Below are positions 62,186 through 64,000 of a DNA stretch of 64,000 nucleotides, piece by piece. The DNA comes from Acidimicrobiia bacterium (GTDB lineage: Bacteria > Actinomycetota > Acidimicrobiia > Spongiisociales > ZC4RG35), in the NCBI GenBank assembly GCA_035292685.1, contig DATDPP010000079.1:21390-85389 (forward strand), read 5' to 3'. The position numbers were made by a program, and so were the translations under genes. Each line of letters begins with the position of its first letter. Position 1 is the first letter of the stretch. A model generated the notes under the pieces. The model ran no database searches. It had not been told where the DNA came from and saw only the letters and a program-made list of their open reading frames with translations.

Positions 62186-63571
62186 ATGACCGAGCCTCAT
62201 CAGTTCAAAACCATAATCGAGCCGTTCCGGATCCACTCCGTGGAGGAGATCGCCGTCACCGATCAGGGTCAGAGACAGACGGCCCTGGAGCGAGTCCATT
62301 ACAACCTGTTCGGTCTCCACGCCGACGAAGTCACCATCGACCTGCTCACCGACTCCGGCACCGGCGCCATGTCGTCAAGACAGTGGGCGGGGATGATGTT
62401 GGGTGACGAGTCCTACGCCGGGAGTCGCTCCTTCTACAAGTTCAGGGATGCAGTCACCGAGCTGACGGGGATGCCCGAGGTCATCCCCACCCATCAGGGC
62501 AGAGCTGCGGAGCGGATCCTGTTCACAGAGACGCTGGCCGCGGGCGACGTGGTGCCCAACAACACCCACTTCGACACCACCCGGGCCAACGTGGAGTATC
62601 AGGGGGCCCAGGCCCTCGACATCGTGATCGAGGAGGGCCATGACCCCGCTTCGCGACACCCGTTCAAGGGCGACATGGACCTGGCCCAACTCGAGCACAT
62701 CCTTACCGCGGAGTCGAGCCGTGTCCCCCTGGTCATGGTGACCGTCACCAACAACTCAGGGGGTGGACAGCCGGTTTCGATGGCCAATCTCCGGGCCGTG
62801 AGCGAGATGTGCCACCAGCACGCAGTTCCCTTCTTTCTCGATGCCTGCCGGTTCGCCGAGAACGCCTGGTTCATCAAGATGCGGGAGTCGGGATACGCCG
62901 ACCGGACCCCACTCGAAATCTCCCAGGAGATGTTCTCCCTGGCCGACGGGTGCACCTTCTCGGCAAAGAAGGACGGTCTGGCCAACATCGGCGGCTTCCT
63001 AGCGATGCGCGACGCATCGGTGGCCGACCGCTGCCGGAACCTGCTGATACTGACCGAGGGCTTCCCGACCTATGGCGGCCTGGCCGGGTACGACCTCGAA
63101 GCGATCGCCCAGGGCCTGCACGAGGTAGTGGACGAGCACTACCTCCGCTACAGGATCCGATCCACGGCCTATCTCGCGGAGAAGATCAACGGGGCAGGCA
63201 TCCCCACGGTTCAACCGACGGGCGGGCATGCGGTCTACATCGATGCCAAACAGCTGCTCCCCCACATTCCTCCCGCCCGGTTTCCGGCTCAGGCGCTTGC
63301 TGTCGAGATCTATCGGACGGGTGGCGTTCGCGGAGTGGAGATCGGGTCGGTGATGTTCGGCAAGGTGGGCGGTGACGGCGACGAGATCCCGGCGCTGATG
63401 GAGCTCGTGCGCCTCGCCATACCGCGTCGAACCTACACCCAGAGCCACATCGACTACGTGGCTGAAGTGCTCATCGAGGTCGCAAGCCGGGCCGACGAGA
63501 TACCTGGCTATCGCATCGTTCGACAGGCGCCATGGCTGCGGCATTTCACCGCTGCGTTCGAGCCGATCTGA
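62186..63571 (+). CDS. PLP-dependent beta-eliminating lyase (tryptophanase / tyrosine phenol-lyase family)
   Basis: Collinear with remembered TPL/TnaA sequences: 'EPFRIHSVEE', 'IDLLTDSGTGAMS..QWAGMM.GDE.YAGS', 'GGQPVSMANLRAV', 'SAKKDGLANIGGF' (PLP Lys) and 'PRRTYTQSH'. An in-frame ATG at 62087 would add 33 non-homologous aa. Confidence 0.9.
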   Translation: MTEPHQFKTIIEPFRIHSVEEIAVTDQGQRQTALERVHYNLFGLHADEVTIDLLTDSGTGAMSSRQWAGMMLGDESYAGSRSFYKFRDAVTELTGMPEVIPTHQGRAAERILFTETLAAGDVVPNNTHFDTTRANVEYQGAQALDIVIEEGHDPASRHPFKGDMDLAQLEHILTAESSRVPLVMVTVTNNSGGGQPVSMANLRAVSEMCHQHAVPFFLDACRFAENAWFIKMRESGYADRTPLEISQEMFSLADGCTFSAKKDGLANIGGFLAMRDASVADRCRNLLILTEGFPTYGGLAGYDLEAIAQGLHEVVDEHYLRYRIRSTAYLAEKINGAGIPTVQPTGGHAVYIDAKQLLPHIPPARFPAQALAVEIYRTGGVRGVEIGSVMFGKVGGDGDEIPALMELVRLAIPRRTYTQSHIDYVAEVLIEVASRADEIPGYRIVRQAPWLRHFTAAFEPI

Positions 63572-63581
63572 AAGGTTCGAG

Positions 63582-64000
63582 CTAGTAGTCGATACCGCGT
63601 CGCGCCATCACCCCGCGGTCAAAGGCATGCTTCACGTTGACCATCTCCGTCACCGTGTCCGCCACGTCGATCAACTCGATCGGGGCGCCGCGACCGGTGA
63701 GGATCAGATTGACATTGCTGGGCCGCTCTGACAGGGCAGTCAACACGTCATCGAGGGCGATCCAACCCCAGTTGATCGGATAGGTGATCTCGTCGAGCAC
63801 CACCAGGTCGTATTCGCCCGACCGGATCTTCTGCTTCGCCACTGCCCACGCCTCGCGGGCAATGGCCTCGGACTCCTCCATGTCCTCGGAGTCCCAGGTG
63901 AAGCCGTCACCGAGTACCCACCAGTCGATCCCGAGTTGCTTCCCCACCGTTTCCTCCCCCACCTGCCAATCACCCGATTTGATGAACTGGACAACGCCGA
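63582..64000 (-). CDS. cobO: Cob(I)yrinic acid a,c-diamide / cob(I)alamin adenosyltransferase (CobO/BtuR type); N-terminus lies outside the window
   Basis: 'VVQFIKSGDW', 'YDLVVLDEITY', 'LILTGRGAP' and 'DTVTEMVNVKHAF'. The reading frame stays open to the window edge upstream of the ORF-track GTG. Confidence 0.8.
   Translation of the reverse strand, partial: GVVQFIKSGDWQVGEETVGKQLGIDWWVLGDGFTWDSEDMEESEAIAREAWAVAKQKIRSGEYDLVVLDEITYPINWGWIALDDVLTALSERPSNVNLILTGRGAPIELIDVADTVTEMVNVKHAFDRGVMARRGIDY

Noticed and set aside
1-64000. Search for defence systems, toxin-antitoxin pairs, prophage or integrative elements, transposases, CRISPR arrays, and tRNA, rRNA or riboswitch-like elements.
   Set aside because: No ORF shows nuclease, ATPase-defence, integrase, transposase or phage-structural motifs. 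Gaps are short (mostly under 150 bp). None showed tRNA-like cloverleaf potential or known riboswitch cores by eye. A covariance-model scan (Infernal/tRNAscan) would be needed for certainty.

Overview
High-GC, gene-dense chromosomal segment of actinobacterial type. It shows GC-rich third codon positions, frequent GTG/TTG starts, many 1-8 nt stop/start overlaps and Thr/Pro-rich lipoprotein linkers. I count about 63 protein-coding genes. I found no rRNA, tRNA, CRISPR array, transposase, integrase, phage gene or recognisable defence gene.

The window is one large catabolic island built from a few heavily duplicated enzyme families:
- 5 ACMSD/LigW-type and 1 LigI-type amidohydrolase_2 proteins
- 5 HIBADH-type dehydrogenases
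- 4 Gfo/Idh/MocA oxidoreductases
- 2 D-2-hydroxyacid dehydrogenases
- 3 small cupins
- 2 CMD/AhpD-like proteins
- 2 M24 (creatinase-fold) proteins
- FAH-family hydrolase/hydratases, alpha/beta hydrolases and a CoA-activation trio
- Transport: 3 MFS, 1 DMT, a Liv-type ABC importer, a sugar-type ABC importer lacking an ATPase, and an orphan signal-less DctP-like binding protein
- Regulators: 3 GntR/FCD and 1 LacI

The most interesting signals are:
1. Two AT-rich operator-like motifs recur at promoter regions and appear to divide the island into two regulons. Motif 1 has 7 sites between 1.5 and 47.5 kb. Motif 2 has 4 sites between 53.8 and 62.1 kb.
2. A minus-strand operon at 38.7-47.5 kb has an unusual gene combination and no pathway I can assign. 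It encodes an HMGL-like carboxyltransferase/aldolase, an M24 protein with an Asp-to-Cys change at a metal ligand, and a PEP-synthase-like phosphotransferase that stops right after the phosphohistidine swivel domain. It also encodes a HIBADH, a molybdenum-hydroxylase large subunit with no FeS or FAD partner genes in the window, and an MFS transporter.
3. Facing that operon is a cytoplasmic (signal-less) DctP-like protein with no DctQM genes.

All functional calls are family-level inferences from motifs read by eye. No database search was run.
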